The position numbers were made by a program, and so were the translations under genes. From assembly GCA_041665145.1 (NCBI GenBank), contig JBAYJK010000004.1, positions 2,434-66,433 on the forward strand: a DNA stretch of 64,000 bases, written 5' to 3'. The DNA comes from Patescibacteria group bacterium (GTDB lineage Bacteria > Patescibacteriota > Microgenomatia > UBA1406). Positions 56,394 through 64,000 of this stretch are shown here, one piece after another; position 1 is the first letter of the stretch; each line of letters starts with the position of its first letter. The notes below the pieces were generated by a model. That model saw only the letters and a list, made by a program, of their open reading frames with translations. It did no database searches and was not told the DNA's origin.

Positions 56394-57158
56394 TTACATC
56401 AGTTTTTGTATTCCCCGTTGGATCCCAGTCGAATATTGCATAGCTTTTTTCGGACGATGCACGATTTCCACAGGCAAACCCAATTCTTTTCCGACAAGAC
56501 GAGAAATGTATTTCTCTTGTCCGTTATGAATAAGAAGATCTTCCGGCACAGAGAGCGCAAAATCCATAAACTCTTTGGCAAGATACGGATGAATTAATTG
56601 TATTTCCCATCGTTTAGCCATAGCTCCATCACGTTTTCCATCAATTTCCAGTAAAGGTAAGTCTTTCAAGATTTCCTTTCGGATTTCGATATTCGAATTT
56701 CGAATTTTCTTGTATTTACTATATCCTGCAAAAAGAATATCTGGTCCCTGACCAGTAAAAACTGTACGAATCCCCAGTTTGTGGGCGTACTCAAATGCTG
56801 CATAATAAACAGAGGCTAGGGCTTTCTGCATCTGGTTAGTTTCAACTCCGGAAACGGTCAGTAAATCGCTTACGTCAAGTTGAATTGAATTCAAGTAATC
56901 CTGATCAACTTCGACAAATTCTATTTTCTTTTTGAAGTGTGCTCCGAGCATAGTTGCAAACGGTCGGTCAAGGCTTTTGTCTGTCGCAACACTAAGAAAA
57001 TATGCTTCCGAAAAATATTTATTTACAAAATACGCTATCAAAGAAGAATCTATGCCACCCGAAACCACAACACCAATGGCACCCAAGTTGCTCTTGCTAA
57101 AGTGCGCAAATTGATCCTCCAGTAACGATTTATATATCTCTGTTTGTTGTGCTGTCAT
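56394..57158 (-). CDS. asparagine-synthase-like PP-loop ATP pyrophosphatase
   Basis: 254 aa. PP-loop VVVSGGIDSS and the Asn_synthase-like TGQGPDILFAGY. Its stop lies about 20 nt from the 23S 3' end (convergent). Confidence 0.55.
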   Translation of the reverse strand: MTAQQTEIYKSLLEDQFAHFSKSNLGAIGVVVSGGIDSSLIAYFVNKYFSEAYFLSVATDKSLDRPFATMLGAHFKKKIEFVEVDQDYLNSIQLDVSDLLTVSGVETNQMQKALASVYYAAFEYAHKLGIRTVFTGQGPDILFAGYSKYKKIRNSNIEIRKEILKDLPLLEIDGKRDGAMAKRWEIQLIHPYLAKEFMDFALSVPEDLLIHNGQEKYISRLVGKELGLPVEIVHRPKKAMQYSTGIQRGIQKLM

Positions 57159-57165
57159 AGTGCGC

Positions 57166-57175
57166 TATAATTATA
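57166..57175. promoter_or_regulatory. overlapping face-to-face -10 boxes (TATAATTATA) in a 21-bp divergent spacer
   Basis: On the plus strand TATAAT 57166-57171 lies 8 nt before ATG 57180. On the minus strand TATAAT 57170-57175 lies 11 nt before ATG 57158. Confidence 0.6.
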
Positions 57176-57179
57176 CACC

Positions 57180-58793
57180 ATGCAATACCCGCAGCAATTT
57201 TCCAAAAGCAGTGAAAAAAACTTGATTTTAATCTTGAAACAACTTCAAGAGGAAGGAAAAAAAATAACGACATTACATGAATTTGATCGAGCGATCAAAT
57301 TAATAGTTAAACGTAAGAACTTAGCGCTCCCCGCACTATGGCATTTCAGATTTATACTCGGCCGGCACAAAGACTTATTTACTTCCACATTTATTGCCAA
57401 CTTAAAATCTATTCTCGTCAAAACACAAGTCCGCTCGTGGTCTGGTATTGTCCCCGTATCAATTTTTACCGCAGGTGTCGGTTGCCCATTTCATTGTATT
57501 TATTGTGCAAATGAACCCGATATGCCCAAAAGTTATTTTTCAGATGAGCCTTCAGTTATGCGAGCAGTGCGTTTTAAATTTGATCCCTACAAACAAGTGC
57601 TCGGGCGATTGCAAATGTTCTATCTTTCAGGTCATCCGCTCGACAAAATCGATCTCATAATACAAGGGGGAACCTTTTCATTTTACGATCGAAAGTATCG
57701 AGAGTGGTTTCTAAAACGCTGCTACGACGCCGCAAACACGAGCATAGAAACTCTTGTCAATGAAGGAAGACGTGTTGCCGACACAAGCCGCACCCTTCAG
57801 CAAGCACAGTTCAAAAACGAAACGGCTCAACAAAGAATAATCGGAGTTACCATTGAAACACGACCCGATTATATTACGGAGAACGAGTTACAGTTTCTCA
57901 GAAAATTGGGAGTTACCCGTGTTGAAATTGGTGTCCAGGCACCAGATGACAAAATTTTAGAGACAATCAATCGGGGCCATGGGGTAGAAGAGATTGTCAA
58001 AGCAACAAGATTATTACGGTCCTTTGGATTTAAAATAACATATCATCTTATGCCAGGACTCCCGGGAAGCTCTTTGAAAAAGGACATCACAATGCTCAAG
58101 GAAATCTTCACGAACCCAAAATTTAAACCGGATAATATTAAGTTTTACCCAACGTCCGTCGTTAAGTATTCACCGTTAGAACAATGGTTTAAGGATGGTA
58201 AGTATAAGCCGTATGACAATGATACACTCACAAAACTTGTATTGGAATTCAAGAAAAACATTGTGCCCCGTTGGTTACGCATACAACGACTTGTCCGTGA
58301 TTTAACGGTAAATGATATCGTCTACGACACGTTTCCTTCAAACTTTCGACAAAACATTGAATCAGAACTAAGGAAAAAGAGAATTCGATGTATGTGCATC
58401 CGCTGCCGCGAGATTAAAAATGATCTCAAACTCCCGGATCTTTCGTTAAAAATTTTAAATTATAAAGTGAACGGTGGGACAGAAAACTTCCTTGAATATG
58501 TCGATAAAAATGACCGGTTATACGGTTTGCTTCGGCTTTATGTTTCTGACGAGAAAAAAGCTACTATTCGTGAATTGCATGTGTATGGTGGTGCGCTGGC
58601 CATAGGGAAATACAGCACAAAACAAGCTCAACATCAGGGTCTCGGCACAAAACTCATCCAAGAGGCGGAAAATATAGTTCGTAAAGAAGAAATTCCACAA
58701 CTTTCGATTATTGCGGGTGTCGGTACCCGTGAGTATTACAGAAAGTTTGGGTACACACTAAAACAGACCTATATGACCAAAACACTGCCTTAA
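57180..58793 (+). CDS. Elp3-like radical-SAM/GNAT tRNA-modification enzyme
   Basis: 537 aa. Radical-SAM cluster CPFHCIYC, Elp3-type core (RVEIGVQAPDD, YHLMPGLPGS, KFYPT), and a C-terminal GNAT (HQGLGTKLIQEAE). Confidence 0.8.
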   Translation: MQYPQQFSKSSEKNLILILKQLQEEGKKITTLHEFDRAIKLIVKRKNLALPALWHFRFILGRHKDLFTSTFIANLKSILVKTQVRSWSGIVPVSIFTAGVGCPFHCIYCANEPDMPKSYFSDEPSVMRAVRFKFDPYKQVLGRLQMFYLSGHPLDKIDLIIQGGTFSFYDRKYREWFLKRCYDAANTSIETLVNEGRRVADTSRTLQQAQFKNETAQQRIIGVTIETRPDYITENELQFLRKLGVTRVEIGVQAPDDKILETINRGHGVEEIVKATRLLRSFGFKITYHLMPGLPGSSLKKDITMLKEIFTNPKFKPDNIKFYPTSVVKYSPLEQWFKDGKYKPYDNDTLTKLVLEFKKNIVPRWLRIQRLVRDLTVNDIVYDTFPSNFRQNIESELRKKRIRCMCIRCREIKNDLKLPDLSLKILNYKVNGGTENFLEYVDKNDRLYGLLRLYVSDEKKATIRELHVYGGALAIGKYSTKQAQHQGLGTKLIQEAENIVRKEEIPQLSIIAGVGTREYYRKFGYTLKQTYMTKTLP

Positions 58794-58847
58794 GAAACTT
58801 TTTGGGTGGTTCGTGCATATACTATGTGTTACCAATTAAACAATTAA

Positions 58848-59231
58848 ATGAATAAATACACAGTTGCGCTTATTTTTGCAGTTACGATTCTTTCTTTATT
58901 ACCTCACTCAGTATATGCTCAGAACAGAGGACGTGAGCGGGAAAATACCATTAATCCTGTAACTCCGCAACAATTCTGGAATAATGAAAGAAACCGACGG
59001 GATGAATTCTTAAGCAAAACCCCCGAAGAACGACGGATCATGCGCCAACAAGTGGCATCTGATAAAAAGAACAAGACCCCAACCGTATCCATAACTCCGT
59101 CAGTTACGAACACACCCTCTACAACCATTTCCCCCACACCGCCGTTGGTTATTACCAAGATTCAGTCCTTGTGGAATGAATTTTGGGAAATGCTCAAAAA
59201 ACCCGCACCACGCTCCAGATCCGCACGGTAA
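58848..59231 (+). CDS. small secreted protein
   Basis: 127 aa. Signal peptide ALIFAVTILSLLPHSVYA and a T/P-rich middle region. Confidence 0.45.
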   Translation: MNKYTVALIFAVTILSLLPHSVYAQNRGRERENTINPVTPQQFWNNERNRRDEFLSKTPEERRIMRQQVASDKKNKTPTVSITPSVTNTPSTTISPTPPLVITKIQSLWNEFWEMLKKPAPRSRSAR

Positions 59232-59252
59232 CAGAATGGTATAATATGAACC

Positions 59253-60509
59253 GTGAAATACTTCATCATTACGTTTGGCTGTCAACAAAACAAAGCGGAT
59301 TCAGAGCGTATTGACCGTGCCTTCAAAAATAGAGGTTTCACCAAAGCACGAAGTTATAAAAACTCCAATTATGTCATCGTTAATACCTGTATGGTGCGTG
59401 AAAGTGCTGAGAATCGAGTTTACGGATTGGTCAATAACCTCGGTGTAATTAAAGAATCTGCACTCAAAAAGGGTATTCTATATAAGATCATTATTACTGG
59501 TTGTATGATCGGATTGGCATACCGCGATAAAACCGGAAAGTTTCTTAAGAAAATAAAGAACGCGATGCCGGCGGTTGATGAATTCATGCCGATTGAAGAA
59601 GTGGGGTTTGATTCCGAGCCGGTGCGGACCGATAAAAAGACTGCTTGGGTTACCATCTCTAACGGTTGTAATAATTTTTGCACGTTTTGTGTTGTTCCTA
59701 TGACACGGGGAAGAGAGGTTAGCCGACCATATGAAGACATACTGGAAGAATGCAAAGAACTGAAAAAACAAGGGTACACATACGTCACGCTTTTGGGACA
59801 AAACGTCAACTCATATGGAGCAGATCTCATTCTCGGACAAGAAAATATTCAAGCCATGAGAGATTTGGATAAAGTATATTTTGATAATCCGAAGCACGAA
59901 TTCCGAAATACGAAACAAGCTTCAAAATTAGAAGATTCGAAACCTTCGGGTTTGTCTCGAATTTCGGATTTCGGATTTCGAGATTTAAAGCCCGTGTATG
60001 TCAAGCACCTCGGCCGTTACCGTTTACCGACGCTTTTTCCACACCTGCTTGACGCAGTGGCAAAACTCGGATTCAAAACTGTTGATTTTATCTCTTCAAA
60101 TCCGTGGGATTTTTCTGACGAGCTTATTGATGTTATAGCACGAAATAGCAACATATCTCGTACTATTCATTTTGCTCTGCAATCCGGAGATAATAACGTT
60201 CTCAAAAGGATGAACCGATGGTACACACGCGAAAAATATTTGGAACTCGTGGAAAAAATGAGAACAAAAATTCCCGGTATCAGATTTACTACAGATATAA
60301 TTGTCGGCTTTTGTGGAGAGACTGAAGAAGAGTATCAAAATACGGTTGATCTGTGCAAGAAAGTTGGATTTTATAAGGCGTTCATTGCACGTTATTCACT
60401 CCGTCCTTTGACGGCTGCAACAAAAGTAATGAAAGATGACATTCCGGCAACCGTCAAGAAAAAACGCTGGCAGGAGCTTGATAGAATCGTGAACTTCCAG
60501 TACTACTAG
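59253..60509 (+). CDS. miaB: MiaB-like radical-SAM methylthiotransferase (repeat insertion; apparently no TRAM domain)
   Basis: GTG start 7 nt after TATAAT 59240-59245. FGCQQNKADSERI (N-terminal cluster) and NGCNNFCTFCVVP (radical SAM). The sequence ends soon after ARYSLRPLTAATKV, so the TRAM domain seems absent. Confidence 0.7.
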   Translation: MKYFIITFGCQQNKADSERIDRAFKNRGFTKARSYKNSNYVIVNTCMVRESAENRVYGLVNNLGVIKESALKKGILYKIIITGCMIGLAYRDKTGKFLKKIKNAMPAVDEFMPIEEVGFDSEPVRTDKKTAWVTISNGCNNFCTFCVVPMTRGREVSRPYEDILEECKELKKQGYTYVTLLGQNVNSYGADLILGQENIQAMRDLDKVYFDNPKHEFRNTKQASKLEDSKPSGLSRISDFGFRDLKPVYVKHLGRYRLPTLFPHLLDAVAKLGFKTVDFISSNPWDFSDELIDVIARNSNISRTIHFALQSGDNNVLKRMNRWYTREKYLELVEKMRTKIPGIRFTTDIIVGFCGETEEEYQNTVDLCKKVGFYKAFIARYSLRPLTAATKVMKDDIPATVKKKRWQELDRIVNFQYY

Positions 60510-61681
60510 CTACGTTTTTTAAACATGATCATTACCATTCCCAGTAGCACCACCAATACGCAGCCGAGAAAAAGTGCAAACGTGTTGGGACTGTAGTTGT
60601 CGATAAAATATCCCACAGGAACAGAAAGCAGAGCAAACGGCATTTGGGTTAATAATTTTAGACTGGAGATAGCCGTTGCCCTATTTTTTGACGAAACAAA
60701 GCTGTTGAGAAGTGACGATTTCACATTGTTAAACGTAGTCGAACTTGCAATCCGCATCATTATGAGAAACACGCCGGCAGAAAGTCCCACAAAGCGGGCA
60801 AAAATAAACGAACAGATAAGAATAATAGCAGCTCCGACCACAAGTCCTTGTGCACCAAACTTCTTTTTGAGGAATGGGTAAAACTGTGAGGCTGTTGCAG
60901 AAAATAAGTAGGCGATACCCCAAGTAACACCCACGCTCACGCTATTCATTCCGTATTCTTTCAACTGCGAAATCCCCAAGATATTAGCTGCAACTGTGTA
61001 CCCAAACCCTACAATTGCAAGAACCAGGGTTATTCGTACAATACGCTTATTTTGAAACAATTCTTTGAAGCCGATAATGTTTTGTGTAAGTACCTGATTC
61101 ATAGAATACTTCTCGGTATCCAAGCGGGGCTCTTGAAGGAAGAGTGCAATAATTGCGGCACATCCGTATATCACTCCCTGAATAATATAGGGCGCTTGAA
61201 ACCAAACCATGTAAATAGATCCCCCTAAAATAGATGCGATTGCCAAACCTATCCAGGTAATAGTCTGTGTATGTGCAATAACTTGGTCATACTCGCGTTC
61301 TTGCTTCGTCTCTTTAAGAGAATCGTACACCAGTGCTTCCATGCTTCCCGAATATAATGCATTTCCCAGAGCCTTTACGAGCTCTAAAATGATAAATACC
61401 CACAAGGTTGTTGAGAAAGCCCACATAGTCATGGCAACAGCGCAAAGTGCAAAACTAATGACTACAGATATTTTTCTTCCAAACATATCTGCGAATGCGC
61501 CAGTTGGAACTTCCAAAGCATTCTCAGCAACCATTTTGACCATCGTAATCAAACCAATCTCGGTAAACGTGAGGAAGCGTAAGTAGAAGAAAAGCCAGAT
61601 TGCGATAGGAAAATAACAGTCGCTTAAAAAGTTAAGTATATAACCGATTAATACGTTCCTTCGCGCCAATCGTTTGTCCAT
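60506..61681 (-). CDS. MFS-type transporter
   Basis: 391 aa, about 12 TM helices. Its 3' end overlaps the miaB stop by 4 nt. Confidence 0.6.
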   Translation of the reverse strand: MDKRLARRNVLIGYILNFLSDCYFPIAIWLFFYLRFLTFTEIGLITMVKMVAENALEVPTGAFADMFGRKISVVISFALCAVAMTMWAFSTTLWVFIILELVKALGNALYSGSMEALVYDSLKETKQEREYDQVIAHTQTITWIGLAIASILGGSIYMVWFQAPYIIQGVIYGCAAIIALFLQEPRLDTEKYSMNQVLTQNIIGFKELFQNKRIVRITLVLAIVGFGYTVAANILGISQLKEYGMNSVSVGVTWGIAYLFSATASQFYPFLKKKFGAQGLVVGAAIILICSFIFARFVGLSAGVFLIMMRIASSTTFNNVKSSLLNSFVSSKNRATAISSLKLLTQMPFALLSVPVGYFIDNYSPNTFALFLGCVLVVLLGMVMIMFKKRS

Positions 61682-61727
61682 AGGTAAGATTATACCGCTT
61701 CAGAGCCCAAACTGGTATAATATCGGC

Positions 61728-62231
61728 ATGATAAACCTTGATAAAATCACTAACCCAGAGGCGCTGAGGTTTGCACATGTGTTTTTAAATGACCGCCTGA
61801 TAAACAGGGAATTCTACCTACGAGTTCCTGAGGATAAGCTCGACTTCCAGATGACTCCGAAATCGGATTCCATCCGCAAGAGTTTGATCCATCAGATTGA
61901 TATTACGCGAGAATACATTCATGGGATTACGTCCGGAAAACTTGAGTTTCATTCGCTGAAAAGCTATTACGTCACCGGTGGAGACAAACAGACAAAATTA
62001 GACCTGCTGAAAGAGCTTGATAAAACAGAATTGGAACTCATCACCGTATTGGAAGATCCGAATATTGCCGAGAAAACCGTCAGTGTGCCGTGGGTAAACA
62101 AACCCATTCCCGCACTCACCTCATTGTGGGGAATGGATTCTCACGAAATTCTTCACACCGGTTGGAATCTTGCACTTATGGATCACCTCGGAATAGAACG
62201 GTTTCCCGAGCTTAAAGCCATGTGGGGATAA
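61728..62231 (+). CDS. DinB-superfamily-like protein
   Basis: Start at ATG 61728 (TATAAT 61716-61721, 6 nt upstream; track start 61674). His-rich helices (HQIDITREYIHG, DSHEILHTGWNLALMDHLG) suggest DinB-like, weakly. Confidence 0.4.
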   Translation: MINLDKITNPEALRFAHVFLNDRLINREFYLRVPEDKLDFQMTPKSDSIRKSLIHQIDITREYIHGITSGKLEFHSLKSYYVTGGDKQTKLDLLKELDKTELELITVLEDPNIAEKTVSVPWVNKPIPALTSLWGMDSHEILHTGWNLALMDHLGIERFPELKAMWG

Positions 62232-62285
62232 ACGCAGCAAAGCTGCGTAAGCCTTAAGACTAAAGACTAAATATTTAATATTCTT

Positions 62286-62903
62286 TTATCTGCTTAGAAA
62301 ATCCTCGAGCAATTCCTTTTGTTCCTTTTGAGGAAGGGAGAAGTCTTTCCCGTGGCGGGAACGATACATTTCCGATAAAAAGATTGCTGTCGAAACCGAC
62401 ACATTCAAGCTTTGCACCATACCCTGCATGGGAATCAACACATGATAATCAGCAAGTTCAAGCGCCTCTTGAGATAACCCTCCATGCTCATTTCCAACTA
62501 ACAGAGCAACCTTCTCCGGCCATTTAAACTCATAGAGGTCAATTGCCTTGTCCGTAAGCGCCGTCGCAACTATCGTGTACCCTTCCTTTTTAAGTTTTTT
62601 TAGACATTGGGCGATTGGTGCTTGTTCCGGATTTCGCATTTCGAGCTTCGAATTTTTACTCCAAATCGTAAAATCAATCCACTTATTCGCACTGCTACTC
62701 GTCGCTTTTCCCACTTTTCGAGGCTTAAATGGCTCTGTGGTATCGAAAATAATGTGTACGTGCTGTATTCCGAACGCGTCGCACGTGCGAAAAATCGCTT
62801 CAACATTGTGGGGGTCAAAAATATCCTCTAAGACCACCGTAATATCACGTTGCCGTCGCGCCACGACTCCCTTCATCTTATCCGTCCTTTGTGCTGTCAC
62901 CAT
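62286..62903 (-). CDS. trmH: SpoU/TrmH-family RNA 2'-O-methyltransferase with in-frame repeat insertion
   Basis: ITVVLEDIFDPHNVEAIFRTCDAFG, LLVGNEHGGLS and IPMQGMVQSLNVSVSTAI motifs. Start set at ATG 62903 (TAAAAT 62910-62915, 6 nt upstream); the track start is TTG 62909. Confidence 0.8.
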   Translation of the reverse strand: MVTAQRTDKMKGVVARRQRDITVVLEDIFDPHNVEAIFRTCDAFGIQHVHIIFDTTEPFKPRKVGKATSSSANKWIDFTIWSKNSKLEMRNPEQAPIAQCLKKLKKEGYTIVATALTDKAIDLYEFKWPEKVALLVGNEHGGLSQEALELADYHVLIPMQGMVQSLNVSVSTAIFLSEMYRSRHGKDFSLPQKEQKELLEDFLSR

Positions 62904-62909
62904 AGCCAA

Positions 62910-62931
62910 ATTTTACCATAGGTGGTATAAT
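62910..62931. promoter_or_regulatory. back-to-back -10 boxes for trmH and the HD-domain gene
   Basis: Minus-strand TAAAAT 62910-62915. Plus-strand TATAAT 62926-62931, 5 nt before ATG 62937. Confidence 0.55.
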
Positions 62932-62936
62932 TAAAC

Positions 62937-63839
62937 ATGGTTAGAGTAGAAAATCCGAGACCAGAAATTGCAAAAGAGCCTCTCCGTACTCAGTTTTTCC
63001 AGTGGTTTCAACACGCTGGGTTAGTAGAGGGCGTACCAATTCAGAATACCGACCATATTCGTGAAATAACACCTGATGATCTGGAAGATCTATTCTCTTT
63101 TGGAATAGCGCCATATTTTGATTCCTTTCCTCCGCTGTTGAATGATCAATTCATCATCGCAGTCGCGGCAAAAGCGTTTGAATTACAAAGATATGAGCGT
63201 AAAGCAAGCAAGAAATTATACGTCCGGCATGTACTTGCCGTTCTCGGTGAATTGTGGAAAAGCGCCATCGAGCCGTATCTTGAACTGGGAGATATCCAAA
63301 GTGCTCGGATACTCATCATGGGTGCTTTTCTACATGATACGGTAGAACTCCAACGAAAATATCATATCGATTATACGCTGAAAAATCTCCGTGGTTCGCT
63401 AACCGAGATTGACCAGGAGACTGAGCCAATTTCCACCAGAGTGGAAGAAATAGATCGTCTTACGAGGATAACTGAAGAATTTACACCACACGAAACACCA
63501 AGTCACATTAGAGATCGTGCTTTATGGTTATTGGCAAAATTAGAGCCTTTTGAGGCAAAACTACACCTTAATATAGGGATAAATACCCATCCTTTTCTAC
63601 TTATTGAGGCAGCGGATATATGTGCAAACATATATGAAACAATTACCGATTTCAACCTAGAACTCGATGGTGGTATGGATAGGCCATTATCCGACCGCTT
63701 GTTCGTTTTTAGAAGAAGAATAGAGATGTACCTGATGAAATTTCCGAATGGACTTATGAGTAGACAACTCATAGTAGCTTATGACTCAGTACGGAGACTT
63801 GAAGCTGCAATCGCCTCCGATTACCAAGCTCAGTCTTAA
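62937..63839 (+). CDS. HD-domain-like phosphohydrolase
   Basis: 300 aa. H...HD pattern (YVRHVLAVLGEL ... GAFLHDTVE). Confidence 0.45.
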   Translation: MVRVENPRPEIAKEPLRTQFFQWFQHAGLVEGVPIQNTDHIREITPDDLEDLFSFGIAPYFDSFPPLLNDQFIIAVAAKAFELQRYERKASKKLYVRHVLAVLGELWKSAIEPYLELGDIQSARILIMGAFLHDTVELQRKYHIDYTLKNLRGSLTEIDQETEPISTRVEEIDRLTRITEEFTPHETPSHIRDRALWLLAKLEPFEAKLHLNIGINTHPFLLIEAADICANIYETITDFNLELDGGMDRPLSDRLFVFRRRIEMYLMKFPNGLMSRQLIVAYDSVRRLEAAIASDYQAQS

Positions 63840-63842
63840 AAA

Positions 63843-64000
63843 CTATTTACTTACTTTTTCAAACCTCTTTATTTTCTTTCCGTCCCGAACAATAGTTTCC
63901 AAAAACATGGCCGCCGGGCGAATCCATAACGAACCATCATCCATATGCTTGTATACAACGTATTCTTCAAGCGTTTCGCTGTGTTTTGCGGTGCCAACAA
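63843..64000 (-). CDS. DUF1653-like protein, C-terminal fragment (gene continues beyond the window)
   Basis: Hand translation of the minus strand from 63998 gives VGTAKHSETLEEYVVYKHMDDGSLWIRPAAMFLETIVRDGKKIKRFEKVSK*, with stop at 63843-63845. Matches the DUF1653 pattern (HSET.E..VVY......LWVRP..MF). Not in the ORF track because the in-window portion is under 60 aa. Confidence 0.6.
   Translation of the reverse strand, partial: VGTAKHSETLEEYVVYKHMDDGSLWIRPAAMFLETIVRDGKKIKRFEKVSK

Overview
Gene-dense bacterial chromosome segment that uses the standard genetic code; most genes are on the minus strand. It probably comes from a small-genome uncultivated lineage (CPR/Patescibacteria-like), but that is inference only. 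Housekeeping content: groES-groEL, Mn/Fe superoxide dismutase, gmk, rnhA, trmD, a TrmH/SpoU methyltransferase, a MiaB-like methylthiotransferase, a bacterial Elp3 homologue, yidC, two tRNA-Ala genes, and a tRNA-Ala-23S rRNA unit with a consensus promoter but no adjacent 16S or 5S. Accessory content: (1) Two separated modules of a relaxase-less, Gram-positive-type T4SS-like machinery. One holds VirB4, PrgI/VirB3-like and VirB6-like genes plus a 1553-aa tail-anchored giant (41.6-51.8 kb). The other holds VirB1-like and VirD4-like genes next to a PilX-like protein and a 1237-aa Cys-rich surface protein (0-12.7 kb). (2) A possible conflict island: HTH-NB-ARC-TPR STAND NTPase, SAM methyltransferase, Rossmannoid-RHH fusion, RAYT/IS200-like gene with flanking direct repeats, a Lon AAA+-only ATPase and a 1015-aa orphan (13-22 kb). 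(3) Several G+C-rich secreted-protein genes embedded in AT-leaning DNA, with long leaders carrying rrn-type boxA motifs, including two tandem paralogue cassettes bracketed by 15-bp inverted repeats. At the DNA level, low-complexity 'word' palindromes fill most intergenic spacers and intrude in-frame into conserved genes. Most low-GC genes appear leaderless, with a -10 box 5-9 nt before the start codon. No CRISPR array, reverse transcriptase, integrase or relaxase was recognised. All family calls come from motif reading only; no searches were run.
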